From IMG/VR virus record IMGVR_UViG_3300005444_000002: a DNA stretch of 20,000 nt. One strand, given 5' to 3'. Below the pieces are notes generated by a model. The model was not told the origin of the DNA. It made no database searches and was given only the letters and a program-made list of their open reading frames with translations. Below are positions 7,620 to 15,950 of the stretch, one piece after another. The stretch comes from an uncultured virus (IMG/VR IMGVR_UViG_3300005444_000002). Its lineage: Duplodnaviria > Heunggongvirae > Uroviricota > Caudoviricetes. Position 1 is the first letter of the stretch. Every line of letters begins with the position of its first letter. Position numbers and translations under genes: made by a program.

Positions 7620-8726
7620 ATGTCAGACGAAGCAAATGATGAGGGTGATGTTGTCCTTCATCTAGACGATGATCCCACCCCCGAGTCTACCCCGGAGGAG
7701 GGACCTCAGGATGATGTAGCTGATTCTGAGGATGAAGACCCTGCTACTCCAACCGAAGAAGAGCCTGAGGAACCGGTTAAGGCTACCCAGGGTCGTAGCC
7801 CCAAGTTCCAGAAACTTCTTGCGAAGTATGGTGGGGATGAAGATAAGCTAGCTGACGCGATCTTTGAGCAATACAACTCCGCATCAACCCTTCATGGGAA
7901 GATCCGGGAGTTGGAAGCAAGGATCAACACCCCTAGCAAACCCAAACCCCCCGCTGAAGACCATCCAGATATAAAGGCTCTCAAGAGCGATATCGCCTCT
8001 CAGGAACAGAGGTTCAAGACCGCTGAACTAAGGCAGCAACAGATTCTCCAGGTTATCTCAACCGTTAAGGAAGAGGTGGCTGCCAAAAAAGGAGAACTGA
8101 GGAGAGCGGATCCAGATGAGAAGCATTCCATCCAGAGAGAGATCTCTGACCTGGAATCTCGTATGGCTCTCCTCTCCACCGATTGGTATTCCCAAGAGGA
8201 TCGTAAAGGGGATATTCAATATCGTCATAAGTCCCTAGAACGGGAACTGAAAGCAGCGGAAAGAGCCGTCCAATCTGAGCTGGCACAGAAGTCCAATCAG
8301 GATGCCCAGAATCAAGTCACCCAGGAGGAGATTGCTAACACCTTCAAAGGTATCGCAACCTCCAGAGCCAAAGCAGCTGGGATAGAGGATCCCGAGGTCT
8401 TAGAGTATTTTCACAACACAGCTAGAGCGGAAGCCATTGCGTATCTCCGCACTCCAGGGGCACAGAGCCTAGACTTTGACAAGTTCATAAGTCAAAGGCT
8501 TGTTCCCTTCCTGAAGTTCGTAGGTATGGGCAAGAAGACTACCTTCACTAAAGCCAGTACCGAAAAACTTCAGGCAGCTGGGAAACCAACCCAACCCACT
8601 AAGATCCCCCCTCGCCCCTCTTCCTCCCCTGTGATCAAGATTGATAGTAAGGGTGTCCCACAATTCCCCAAAGGACCCTTAACGGTGGAGCAAGCAAAGG
8701 CCTTCACCAAGTCCATGTTGGGGTAA
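7620..8726 (+). CDS. Capsid scaffolding protein
   Basis: Immediately upstream of the major capsid gene. Highly acidic disordered N-terminus, long coiled coil, Pro-rich linker and a short C-terminal helix (LTVEQAKAFTKSMLG). Confidence 0.8.
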   Translation: MSDEANDEGDVVLHLDDDPTPESTPEEGPQDDVADSEDEDPATPTEEEPEEPVKATQGRSPKFQKLLAKYGGDEDKLADAIFEQYNSASTLHGKIRELEARINTPSKPKPPAEDHPDIKALKSDIASQEQRFKTAELRQQQILQVISTVKEEVAAKKGELRRADPDEKHSIQREISDLESRMALLSTDWYSQEDRKGDIQYRHKSLERELKAAERAVQSELAQKSNQDAQNQVTQEEIANTFKGIATSRAKAAGIEDPEVLEYFHNTARAEAIAYLRTPGAQSLDFDKFISQRLVPFLKFVGMGKKTTFTKASTEKLQAAGKPTQPTKIPPRPSSSPVIKIDSKGVPQFPKGPLTVEQAKAFTKSMLG

Positions 8727-8741
8727 TCGGAGTAGCACATT

Positions 8742-10043
8742 ATGTCTGCTGGTATCTTTACCTCTATCACGACCTCGCTCAAGAATACTTACACAAATAA
8801 AATCGTTGAGCCGATGGTTAATGAATCGGCCCCTTTCCGTAAGTGGCTTTCCAAGAATACCCCTGCTGGTGGTTTCGTTAGTGGTGGTGCAGGTATTCTG
8901 AAGTTTGCTGGAAACTTGGCCCCTGAACAGAACGTTGGTCAGCTCCTGGATAGCGGAACCCTCCCCCCCACGAAGGATCGTTCTGATGTCCAGTTCACCC
9001 TCACCCCGACCATCTTTGCAGCTGCAGTTGAACTGGGATGGTTGACCCGGAGTGCTGCATCCTCGGATAAGGGTGCATTCAATGGTGGAGAACTCCGGAG
9101 GAGAACCAATGATGGTATCTCCGCTCTGGGGAAGTTTATCGAATCCACTTATGTTGGTACGCATGGTACTGGTCGTAGGGCCAGGGTCTCCACTGACGGT
9201 ACCTCTACCTTCGTTGCAGCCCTCCCCGAGGGAACTCGGTTGCTTCGTAGGAATATGTACATCACCGCTCGAACGACTGATGGTGGAGCCACTGTTCGTG
9301 ACACTGTTGACCTCAGGTTGATCACGGCTATCAATCACTCTACCCGTACCGTCACCTATGATGGTGCAGATCAGACCTTGGTTGCTGGGGATCATATCCA
9401 TGTGGTCAATGAGGCAGCTCAGTCCTTCGTTACCAATCCCTTCGCTAACGGTCTTCGTGGTCTTGTCGATGACGCCACCTATGCTGCCTCCATCCATGGT
9501 CTTGCTCGGGTTACCTACCCCGAGTTGAATGCCACTGTTTCCTCCAATGGTGGAACCCTCCGATCCCTCTCCGAAGGGATGATGATCCAGCTTGTTCATG
9601 AAATCCTGGCCCGTACCGGAAAGCCCATCACCGCCATCTGGGCTCCTGAAGGGCAGATCCAGAAGTATGTGGAATTCGTTGCTCCTGATCGTAGGAATGT
9701 GAGGACTGGTAAGTCGGATACGGGGAATATGGCCACTGGGTATAGGGAAGAGGACTTGCTCTTCTATGCTCCGGGGATTGCTGTTCCGATCAAGACTTCC
9801 TTTGACATGGTCGCAAGGGAGATGTACTTCCTCAATGAGGATTCCTTCTTCCACTATGTTGCGAAAGAACTTGGTTGGCAGGAGGGGGCAGGTAAGGACC
9901 TTCTGCAACTCATCCCTGCGACTGCCGGCTATAAGGCAGGTTATTTAGGCTACATTACGGCTTTGGAAAATATAGGCAACGATTTTCCGATGTCTAATGG
10001 AGTAATGAGAGACTTGAAGGATCCAAGCGTGGGTGACAGCTAA
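8742..10043 (+). CDS. Major capsid protein (HK97 fold, with an inserted beta domain)
   Basis: 433 aa, follows the scaffold. N-terminal LKNTYTNKIVEPMVNESAPF pattern, GLRGLVDD...IHGLARVTYPE segment, strongly biased codons, downstream hairpin. Confidence 0.88.
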   Translation: MSAGIFTSITTSLKNTYTNKIVEPMVNESAPFRKWLSKNTPAGGFVSGGAGILKFAGNLAPEQNVGQLLDSGTLPPTKDRSDVQFTLTPTIFAAAVELGWLTRSAASSDKGAFNGGELRRRTNDGISALGKFIESTYVGTHGTGRRARVSTDGTSTFVAALPEGTRLLRRNMYITARTTDGGATVRDTVDLRLITAINHSTRTVTYDGADQTLVAGDHIHVVNEAAQSFVTNPFANGLRGLVDDATYAASIHGLARVTYPELNATVSSNGGTLRSLSEGMMIQLVHEILARTGKPITAIWAPEGQIQKYVEFVAPDRRNVRTGKSDTGNMATGYREEDLLFYAPGIAVPIKTSFDMVAREMYFLNEDSFFHYVAKELGWQEGAGKDLLQLIPATAGYKAGYLGYITALENIGNDFPMSNGVMRDLKDPSVGDS

Positions 10044-10052
10044 ATAGTCAAT

Positions 10053-10086
10053 AGCAGGGCCTAGTTACAATACACTGGGCCCTGCT
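10053..10086. terminator. 13-bp hairpin between the convergent capsid and HNH genes
   Basis: AGCAGGGCCTAGT-TACAATAC-ACTGGGCCCTGCT, with one G-U pair on the + strand and only a weak U tract. Confidence 0.6.
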
Positions 10087-10089
10087 TAG

Positions 10090-10537
10090 TTAGATGTGTT
10101 TCCAGTTCACTCGATTGATGATTGGATATACGATCCAGCGGTGGATGTTGAAATGTGCAGCAATGTCTTTTGGTTTGACTCCTTCGCTATGTAGCCGACG
10201 TATTTTCTAAAACGATCTCGGTTGTCAATTTGGCATGAGCGTGTCTCTCGCCAAGACCCCAACGATGCCTTCCCTTGTTTCGCATATCTTGGAGGTTGTC
10301 CTGCTGGGTTCCAAGGAAGAGGTGGTCTGGTCTCACGCAGGGGGGATTGTCGCATTTGTGTAATACCGACATTCCCTTTGGAATTGGACCGTAGTGCAAT
10401 TCCCAGGACACCCGGTGAGTGCCCTTGATACCAGCCTTGCGACTGCCCATTGAGAGTTGTCCGTAGCCTCTAAGTCGTCTGCCTGTCCATATCCAGCATG
10501 TCTCAGTCTTCTTGACGTTTTTCCAGAATCGTTCCAT
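10090..10537 (-). pseudogene. HNH homing endonuclease with C-terminal HTH, interrupted by a 1-nt frameshift
   Basis: ERFWKNV...CWIWTG...HRVSWELHYGPIP...LHKCDNPPCVRPDHLFLGTQQDN is intact. Removing one base from the T run at 10203-10206 restores LEIRRLHSEGVKPKDIAAHFNIHRWIVYPIINRVNWKHI* (stop 10090-10092), giving 148 aa. Confidence 0.85.
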
Positions 10538-10620
10538 CCAGACAAGCTAGCAAACAGAGCTTGTCCCAATGCAACTGTAATAGTTCCGTAATACCTAGGG
10601 ACCACCAGCTCCCTCCTCCC

Positions 10621-10713
10621 TCCCGATCTTCGGGAAGCTCTATACGAGCAGCGTCCTCCTTCTCGGGGGGACAAGGGGACGAAGGACACTTACTCCCTCT
10701 GAGCCCATTGGGC
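10621..10713 (+). promoter_or_regulatory. Multi-hairpin leader upstream of gene 10728
   Basis: Stems TCCCGA/TCGGGA (10621-10635), GCTC/GAGC (10637-10649), GTCCTCCT/GGGGGGAC (10653-10672) and GCCC/GGGC (10703-10713). Confidence 0.4.
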
Positions 10714-10727
10714 GAAGGAAATCATAA

Positions 10728-11615
10728 ATGCCGCGTAATCAGCGTCCCCTCCGTTACACTTTCCCCTATCAGCTCCACCCCAACTTCACCGGGCGTAAGT
10801 ATGCCCGCGAGGTTCTCTCTGGGGTTCACCCTCAGATCACCAGAAGTTCTTCCTCCATCACCGCTCTCCCCACTGCCTCAGCTGCCCAGGTTAGTCAGAT
10901 CCGTACCCCTGCTGGGTACATGATCGAAATGTACCAAAGCACGGCCCAAACTTTACAGCCTGTATCTCATGCGACTAAGGGATTGGTTCTGGATGGGGAT
11001 CAGGTTGATGATGAGAGTGCTGAGTATGTCATTGGCGGGAACTACACCACCAACCCCTATGCGATGGTTGTTGGGACGGATTCAGACTTCTTCTTCAGGG
11101 CAACCTTGGAGATCACCGATGCATCTGGATCCGACCAGCTTCTCGTTGGTTGGAGGTTAGTCCAAACCTATCAGGTCCCCGTCTCCTTCCTCACCACTGG
11201 GGATGCTGGGTATACTGACTTTGCTGCTATTGGTTTCTGTGCTACCAAGGCCAATCCGAATCCCGTTGGTACCGCCACCGACCTCAACAATGCAGGCTCC
11301 ACCATTGCCTCTCCCATCACTTTCACTTGGGCTGATACCCTCACCCATCAATTGGAGGTCAGGGTTGTTGGGGGGAAGGCTGTCTATCTTATCAATGGTG
11401 TGAGGTTAGGTGGGGTGGTTGCCTTCGATGGTAACGGTGCGGCTATCACCGCACAGACCACCATTGCTTCCCCTTCCTTTACGTTCGATAGTGGAGACAC
11501 CCTGGTCCCTTTCATCTTCGTTCGTCAGGATGCTGACCTCCTGGATGCCTGTTACCTCAAGTCCTTCGAGGTTGGGCATCTTGTTGATATCGGACTCGAT
11601 CCTAACAACGAGTAA
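10728..11615 (+). CDS. Probable minor capsid or decoration protein (beta-sandwich-like)
   Basis: First + strand gene after the capsid gene, SD AAGGA, capsid-like codon bias, Thr/Gly/Ala/Val-rich beta-strand pattern. Confidence 0.6.
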   Translation: MPRNQRPLRYTFPYQLHPNFTGRKYAREVLSGVHPQITRSSSSITALPTASAAQVSQIRTPAGYMIEMYQSTAQTLQPVSHATKGLVLDGDQVDDESAEYVIGGNYTTNPYAMVVGTDSDFFFRATLEITDASGSDQLLVGWRLVQTYQVPVSFLTTGDAGYTDFAAIGFCATKANPNPVGTATDLNNAGSTIASPITFTWADTLTHQLEVRVVGGKAVYLINGVRLGGVVAFDGNGAAITAQTTIASPSFTFDSGDTLVPFIFVRQDADLLDACYLKSFEVGHLVDIGLDPNNE

Positions 11616-11624
11616 CCTTTCAAT

Positions 11625-11655
11625 GCCCTGATGGCCCTAGATGGGTTGTTGGGGC
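11625..11655 (+). terminator. 13-bp hairpin rich in G-U pairs, possible terminator
   Basis: GCCCTGATGGCCC-TAGAT-GGGTTGTTGGGGC pairs fully only as + strand RNA (5 G-U pairs) and is followed by TCCATCTTTC. Confidence 0.5.
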
Positions 11656-11664
11656 TCCATCTTT

Positions 11665-11722
11665 CGCTTGCCCTGCAAGAGAGCAATTTCTCGCAGACCC
11701 TCCAGGGTTGGGCAGGCGGCCA
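11665..11722 (+). ncRNA. Candidate structured RNA: three-way junction ending in GCCA
   Basis: P1 is CGCTTGCCC/GGGCAGGCG. P2 (11674-11695) has a GCAA (GNRA) tetraloop. P3 is GACCC-TCCA-GGGTT. GCCA follows directly. Confidence 0.45.
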
Positions 11723-11752
11723 CTTTCTCATAAGGGGATACAAGAGAATCAT

Positions 11753-12439
11753 ATGGCCATACAACCGTCTTGGGTAGAGCAAGCTCGCCTTAAGCGTGCG
11801 AGGAGGATCCAACAGGATCAGGAACAAGCCCCCAAGCTGAGTTGGAATGTGGCGAACAGTTTTCATACTGCCCCAGGTTACCGTCAACTGAGTGTTGAAT
11901 ACTCTTGTATCCCCGATTCCCTCTACCCCCCAGAGAAGGAGGTTCTTCAGGCTGTAAAGAGGATTGCTCCTGACCTGGAATATATGTGGGTCAGGTGGGT
12001 GATGCTCTCCCCCTCCAATACTGGGAATCCTCAGGTGGAGGTCTTCGGTAGACATGCCTTAGGTAGACGTGTCAGTGATCCCCACAACACTCTCCCTTAT
12101 CTCCCCATTACCCTCCCCTCAGGGATGACCTCCAGGAGGAAGCCCAATAGGATCCACAGAATCTTCCAGAACATGTACTCCAAGGAACCTTGTGGGATAG
12201 GTGGTTACCTCCCCTTTGATTGGAATGTCTACTACTGGATAGCAGAGACCTACAAGGAAGCCACAGCAAAGGATCTCTTCAGGATCTATGCCCAGGAACC
12301 TGAGGACGAGAAGCAGAAGAGGGATCTCTCCAGGCAGGAGCAGTTTGGTTACATGCAGAGGGATATCGGTGGGTGGGTGCAAAGGCAGTTAGACAGTGCG
12401 TCTGAGTTGGAAGTGAAAGAACATTTCCTAGGTAACTAG
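11753..12439 (+). CDS. Hypothetical protein (228 aa)
   Basis: Start re-called at ATG 11753 (MAIQPSW), downstream of the RNA structure and a purine-rich tract. Native codon usage. Confidence 0.75.
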   Translation: MAIQPSWVEQARLKRARRIQQDQEQAPKLSWNVANSFHTAPGYRQLSVEYSCIPDSLYPPEKEVLQAVKRIAPDLEYMWVRWVMLSPSNTGNPQVEVFGRHALGRRVSDPHNTLPYLPITLPSGMTSRRKPNRIHRIFQNMYSKEPCGIGGYLPFDWNVYYWIAETYKEATAKDLFRIYAQEPEDEKQKRDLSRQEQFGYMQRDIGGWVQRQLDSASELEVKEHFLGN

Positions 12440-12467
12440 AGAAGGGTCTACCCCTTTAGGAGTCAAT

Positions 12468-13286
12468 TTGTCCTCAACCGCTACGATTAATACGGAAATC
12501 CTTGGCCTTATCAGACATAAGAGAGAGTATCTCCTCATTTCAGGAGCAGACGAAGCCGTTACCATAGCATTCGATGGGATGGAATACACCGTACCGGAGC
12601 AGAACACTATTAAGTATCCCCACCCCAAGTTCTCCGATGTCCCCTGCTCGGGGAAGGACTCCTCGGGGGAGTGGATCCCTGGATCTCTTGTCCTAGGGGA
12701 CATTGAGGATAGTAGGGGTATGTGTGATGGCAGGAATGATGGAGGGATCTGGCAAGCAGGTTCAGCCATCGTGGCTGCTTTAGGGATTGATAGGAACTCT
12801 GGAGTGGCCTCTGGCCCGATCTTCCAGAAGGGCATCTCCCTCCTCCCCATGAACCCTTCCCCTGAGCAGATTGATGTGGCTAGGGAGGAAGGGAGGGAGA
12901 GGTACCTATCCTGGAAGCTGGATTGGGCTAATACCTTCCTCAAGTACATAGAGGACAAGACCGCTAAGAGGCAACAGCTGGGGCTTTCCACCCTCGGGGT
13001 TGGTCCGGATGAACTCAGGGAGAGGAACCTTGCTAACAAGATCCTGGAGAGGGCTGGAGCCTTGATCGAACCTGCCAAACCCCTAGAGGAGGAATCCTCC
13101 ATGGAAGCCTTTGCTGAGCATGCAGCGAAGGAATTGGCAGCGGTTCAGGTGGCCAAGACCCCTGAGTTGGATCTGGATGCCCTTGTGAAGAACCTGATGA
13201 GTAATGGGGCCTTTAGGGAAGCTGCCAGGAAGAACTATCGCATCAGGAAGAATCGGAAGAGGAATGGTCCTGAAGTGGAGGCTTAA
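12468..13286 (+). CDS. Hypothetical protein (272 aa)
   Basis: SD AGGAG before TTG 12468, TAATG coupling to the next gene, basic C-terminus. Confidence 0.75.
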   Translation: MSSTATINTEILGLIRHKREYLLISGADEAVTIAFDGMEYTVPEQNTIKYPHPKFSDVPCSGKDSSGEWIPGSLVLGDIEDSRGMCDGRNDGGIWQAGSAIVAALGIDRNSGVASGPIFQKGISLLPMNPSPEQIDVAREEGRERYLSWKLDWANTFLKYIEDKTAKRQQLGLSTLGVGPDELRERNLANKILERAGALIEPAKPLEEESSMEAFAEHAAKELAAVQVAKTPELDLDALVKNLMSNGAFREAARKNYRIRKNRKRNGPEVEA

Positions 13287-13978
13287 TGGCAACAGGGAAG
13301 GGCTTGATAGATATCATCCTCAAGTATGAGGATTCTCTCTCTAGCGTAGACGCTGACAATACTGTTAGAAGGGGGAGGATTCGTCAGGCCATTCAGGAGA
13401 CCACAGATGACGTGTGGAATAGCTCCGACTTCCCCTTCAAGTATGTCTTCGAACCTGAGGCCCTCACTGTCGATACCTCTGGTAGATGTGCTGTGCCGAG
13501 TGATTTTGCTGATATTGGAATACAGGGAGGTCTCTACCTAGTCTCAAACGGAAGGCTCCTGAGTGAGGTTCCTCCGCAGTTTGTTTCCTCTACCAAAGAG
13601 GCTACTAATAGAAGTGGGTCTATGTATGTGTACAGTTCTTTTGGGTTCAACCAAGGGATCAAGATCCTTCAATTCCCCTCACAGTTGATTGGTGCTGCTC
13701 TTCATCTTTACTACATGACCATCCCTCCAACCATTCTCGATGCGGATAATGTGACTGTAGGGGATGTGACTACATATAGTGGGAGTGAGCGGATCCCTTC
13801 CCAGTATCACAACACGGTAATTATCCCTGGAGCAAGGGCAAAGTTGAAGAAGTCCAAGGGGGATATGCGTGATTTCCTTAGTGAGTATAAGCGAGGTCTT
13901 GCCTACATGATCTCCAGAGAAAGACCCAGACGTTCTACGGTGCAACGTCTCCCTTACGCCCTTGGAGGGGCATGGTAA
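13286..13978 (+). CDS. Head-tail adaptor (T7 gp11 / tail tubular protein A-like)
   Basis: 230 aa with a helix-beta-helix layout. IQETTDDVWNSSDFPF, AVPSDF, LHLYY..IPPTI and IPSQYHNTVIIPGA match the podoviral adaptor pattern and position. Confidence 0.7.
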   Translation: MATGKGLIDIILKYEDSLSSVDADNTVRRGRIRQAIQETTDDVWNSSDFPFKYVFEPEALTVDTSGRCAVPSDFADIGIQGGLYLVSNGRLLSEVPPQFVSSTKEATNRSGSMYVYSSFGFNQGIKILQFPSQLIGAALHLYYMTIPPTILDADNVTVGDVTTYSGSERIPSQYHNTVIIPGARAKLKKSKGDMRDFLSEYKRGLAYMISRERPRRSTVQRLPYALGGAW

Positions 13979-14763
13979 TGAGAAAGTACCTTCTAGCTCT
14001 CCTAGCTCTCCTCCTGATCCCCCTTGGGGGAGTACAGGGAGCAGAGCAGAGAACCGCCTCCTTTGCCATCCTCTATGACCTGGATGCTACAGCTATCACC
14101 TACCCGATCGTTACTGGGGTAGGCGGATCCCCTTGGGGGGCTCCTATGGTAGGACCCTCCAGGATTCAGACCACAGGAACCTCTGCCTCTGTTACAGAGA
14201 GTGTGGTTGGGGCTAATCCCTTCACAGAACTTTCTGTTGGGGATCTGCTCATGGTCAACCTTCAGGATGGGACTACAGATCTCAGGGTGATCATCACCAG
14301 GACCGATGCAGCCAATATCATCCTCAACACTACGGTTACTTGGTCCCAAACTGGAGGAGTTGCTTGGAGATGGCTGAAGCAAACCACAGGGACAGCTGCC
14401 ACTAATGGATGGATTGATATCTCAGGGTTGGATGATGTGGTGATGACTGTCTATATGGATCAGGTCAACATCACAGGTGGGTTGGATATGAGGTGGGAGT
14501 GTAGGGCTGCTGGGCCTAATTCCCAGGCTGTGATCGTCTACCCCGGGGAGAGTGATGGTTGTGGGGCAGCGGGGACTCTTGGGACGAATGTATGCAACCT
14601 GACTGGTACAGCTGGGATCACCTCTGGGTTGGCCTTGGTGGTTAGTGAACCTTGGAGTGCTTGTAGGTTGGGGATGTTTATCCATACCGCTGATGATGGG
14701 GCTGATACTACAACGGCTAGGGAACAGATCACCGCTACCCTTACTGGGAGAGTCCGTAGGTGA
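13978..14763 (+). CDS. Signal-peptide-bearing, virion/tail-fibre-like beta protein (261 aa)
   Basis: ATG 13978 overlaps the previous TAA. MRKYLLALLALLLIPLGGVQGA is a Sec-like signal. SVTESVVGANPFTELSVGDLLMV...RVIITRTD resembles a small beta-barrel common in tail fibres. 4 Cys. Confidence 0.7.
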   Translation: MRKYLLALLALLLIPLGGVQGAEQRTASFAILYDLDATAITYPIVTGVGGSPWGAPMVGPSRIQTTGTSASVTESVVGANPFTELSVGDLLMVNLQDGTTDLRVIITRTDAANIILNTTVTWSQTGGVAWRWLKQTTGTAATNGWIDISGLDDVVMTVYMDQVNITGGLDMRWECRAAGPNSQAVIVYPGESDGCGAAGTLGTNVCNLTGTAGITSGLALVVSEPWSACRLGMFIHTADDGADTTTAREQITATLTGRVRR

Positions 14764-14984
14764 GGGGGAGGGTAAAGGAGGCTTTTGAGGAAGGACTTCT
14801 ATTGGGTCTCAGGTATGGTATTGCTTCCCTCATCATCCTAGTCCTCTCAGGTTGGGTTGTTCATGACTACCTCACTTCCAGGGTCAGGGCCTACAACGGT
14901 CAACTCGCCTTTGAATTCATCCAACAGGTCCAGGAGCAGGTTAAGAAGCAGGAGGCTAAGAAACCTGTGGAAGGGACCAAATGA
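14760..14984 (+). CDS. Small single-pass membrane protein (74 aa)
   Basis: GTGA and ATGA overlaps on both sides. TM segment YGIASLIILVLSGWVV followed by a Gln/Lys/Glu helix. Confidence 0.75.
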   Translation: MRGRVKEAFEEGLLLGLRYGIASLIILVLSGWVVHDYLTSRVRAYNGQLAFEFIQQVQEQVKKQEAKKPVEGTK

Positions 14985-15922
14985 TTAGGCCTTTGATGAA
15001 GTGGACGGTCCTTTCCCTGGGGGTGATACAACTCTCCCTTCTCTTGTGGATCCCTATCCATGCGGATGTGGTGAAGACCAATAGTCCAGCTGCTGGTGCG
15101 TCCGCTGTTGGAAATAATGCTTGGACAGGAACTAACAGCTTTATTGATGGATCCTTCACTCTTATTGGAAGTGCAGGAGCAACCAAGATTGCTAAGTTTG
15201 AGGTGGACACGCTCGTACCAGTGGGAACCAATACGTACACGTTCCCGGCCGCGAGCGGGACGCTGGCCCTCCTTGGCGCAAATGTGTTCACGGGCGCACA
15301 GACGTTCAGTACAACCGCGACCCTTAACACAGATTCTTACTTCGTGGTCGGCTCGGCGGGTGGCGCAGCGAGCAACGCGGTCTACTTCAGTTCGCTCCAG
15401 ACACCGGACACCGCTTTCCTTTCCACGTCCAGTACGGGGAATTCGTGGATCATTGCGGAAACGGCTGACACCGGCTTCGATTTTGCCCACGCTCAGCAGG
15501 CAACACCGACAATCTTCTTCCACTCGGGAGTCCAGAACACCACAAGCTGGGGTTCAGTTACTCACAACAATACCGACTTCGTGCTTGGCACTGGGGCAGG
15601 CGATCTCAAGCTGACTGCTGCTGGCCATGTCAAGATGACGGGCACCGCACCGGCAGTTAGCGCGTGCGGCACGACACCCTCGGCCGTCACCGGCTCCGAT
15701 CACGCTGGCAAAGTCACCACCGGATCAGGCGGAACGGTGCAGAGCTGTACCCTGACTTTCGCAGTGGCTTATGGTGTGGCTCCTGCCTGCACCGTCAGTG
15801 ACGAGACGGGCATCCTCCTGGTCAGGGCCACTTCGACCACAACCACTCTGGTACTGGACAGTGCTGTGGCCGGTACCCTTGCAAGCAGCACACTCGCTTA
15901 TATCTGTCTTCAGGGAAGCTAA
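14981..15922 (+). CDS. Signal-peptide-bearing tail-fibre-like protein (313 aa)
   Basis: N-terminal MIRPLMKWTVLSLGVIQLSLLLWIPIHA-D signal. Fibre-shaft motifs TYTFPAASGTLALLGANVFTGAQTF. C-terminal GSDHAGKVTTG...CTLTFAVAYGVAPACTVS tip-domain pattern. Confidence 0.75.
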   Translation: MIRPLMKWTVLSLGVIQLSLLLWIPIHADVVKTNSPAAGASAVGNNAWTGTNSFIDGSFTLIGSAGATKIAKFEVDTLVPVGTNTYTFPAASGTLALLGANVFTGAQTFSTTATLNTDSYFVVGSAGGAASNAVYFSSLQTPDTAFLSTSSTGNSWIIAETADTGFDFAHAQQATPTIFFHSGVQNTTSWGSVTHNNTDFVLGTGAGDLKLTAAGHVKMTGTAPAVSACGTTPSAVTGSDHAGKVTTGSGGTVQSCTLTFAVAYGVAPACTVSDETGILLVRATSTTTTLVLDSAVAGTLASSTLAYICLQGS

Positions 15923-15950
15923 TCATAACCTCAGTAAGGGGATTTTATTG

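Noticed and set aside
8679..9908. 409-aa minus-strand ORF, and similar antisense ORFs over the portal, terL and tail genes
   Set aside because: These are shadow ORFs opposite well-supported genes with biased codons and have no recognisable motifs.
10107..10355. Minus-strand 82-aa ORF as the missing C-terminus of the HNH
   Set aside because: It is in the wrong frame. The HTH continuation is in the third frame and ends at 10090.
10333..10689. Minus-strand 118-aa ORF as a real gene or HNH N-terminal extension
   Set aside because: It is out of frame with the HNH, has no motif and overlaps the + strand hairpin leader. An in-frame TAG lies four codons upstream of the HNH ATG.
11665..11722. Canonical tRNA or hammerhead ribozyme
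   Set aside because: It has only two arms and no T-loop consensus. The nearby CTGATGG does not match the hammerhead CUGANGA core, and no correctly placed GAAA was found. Kept only as a candidate structured RNA.
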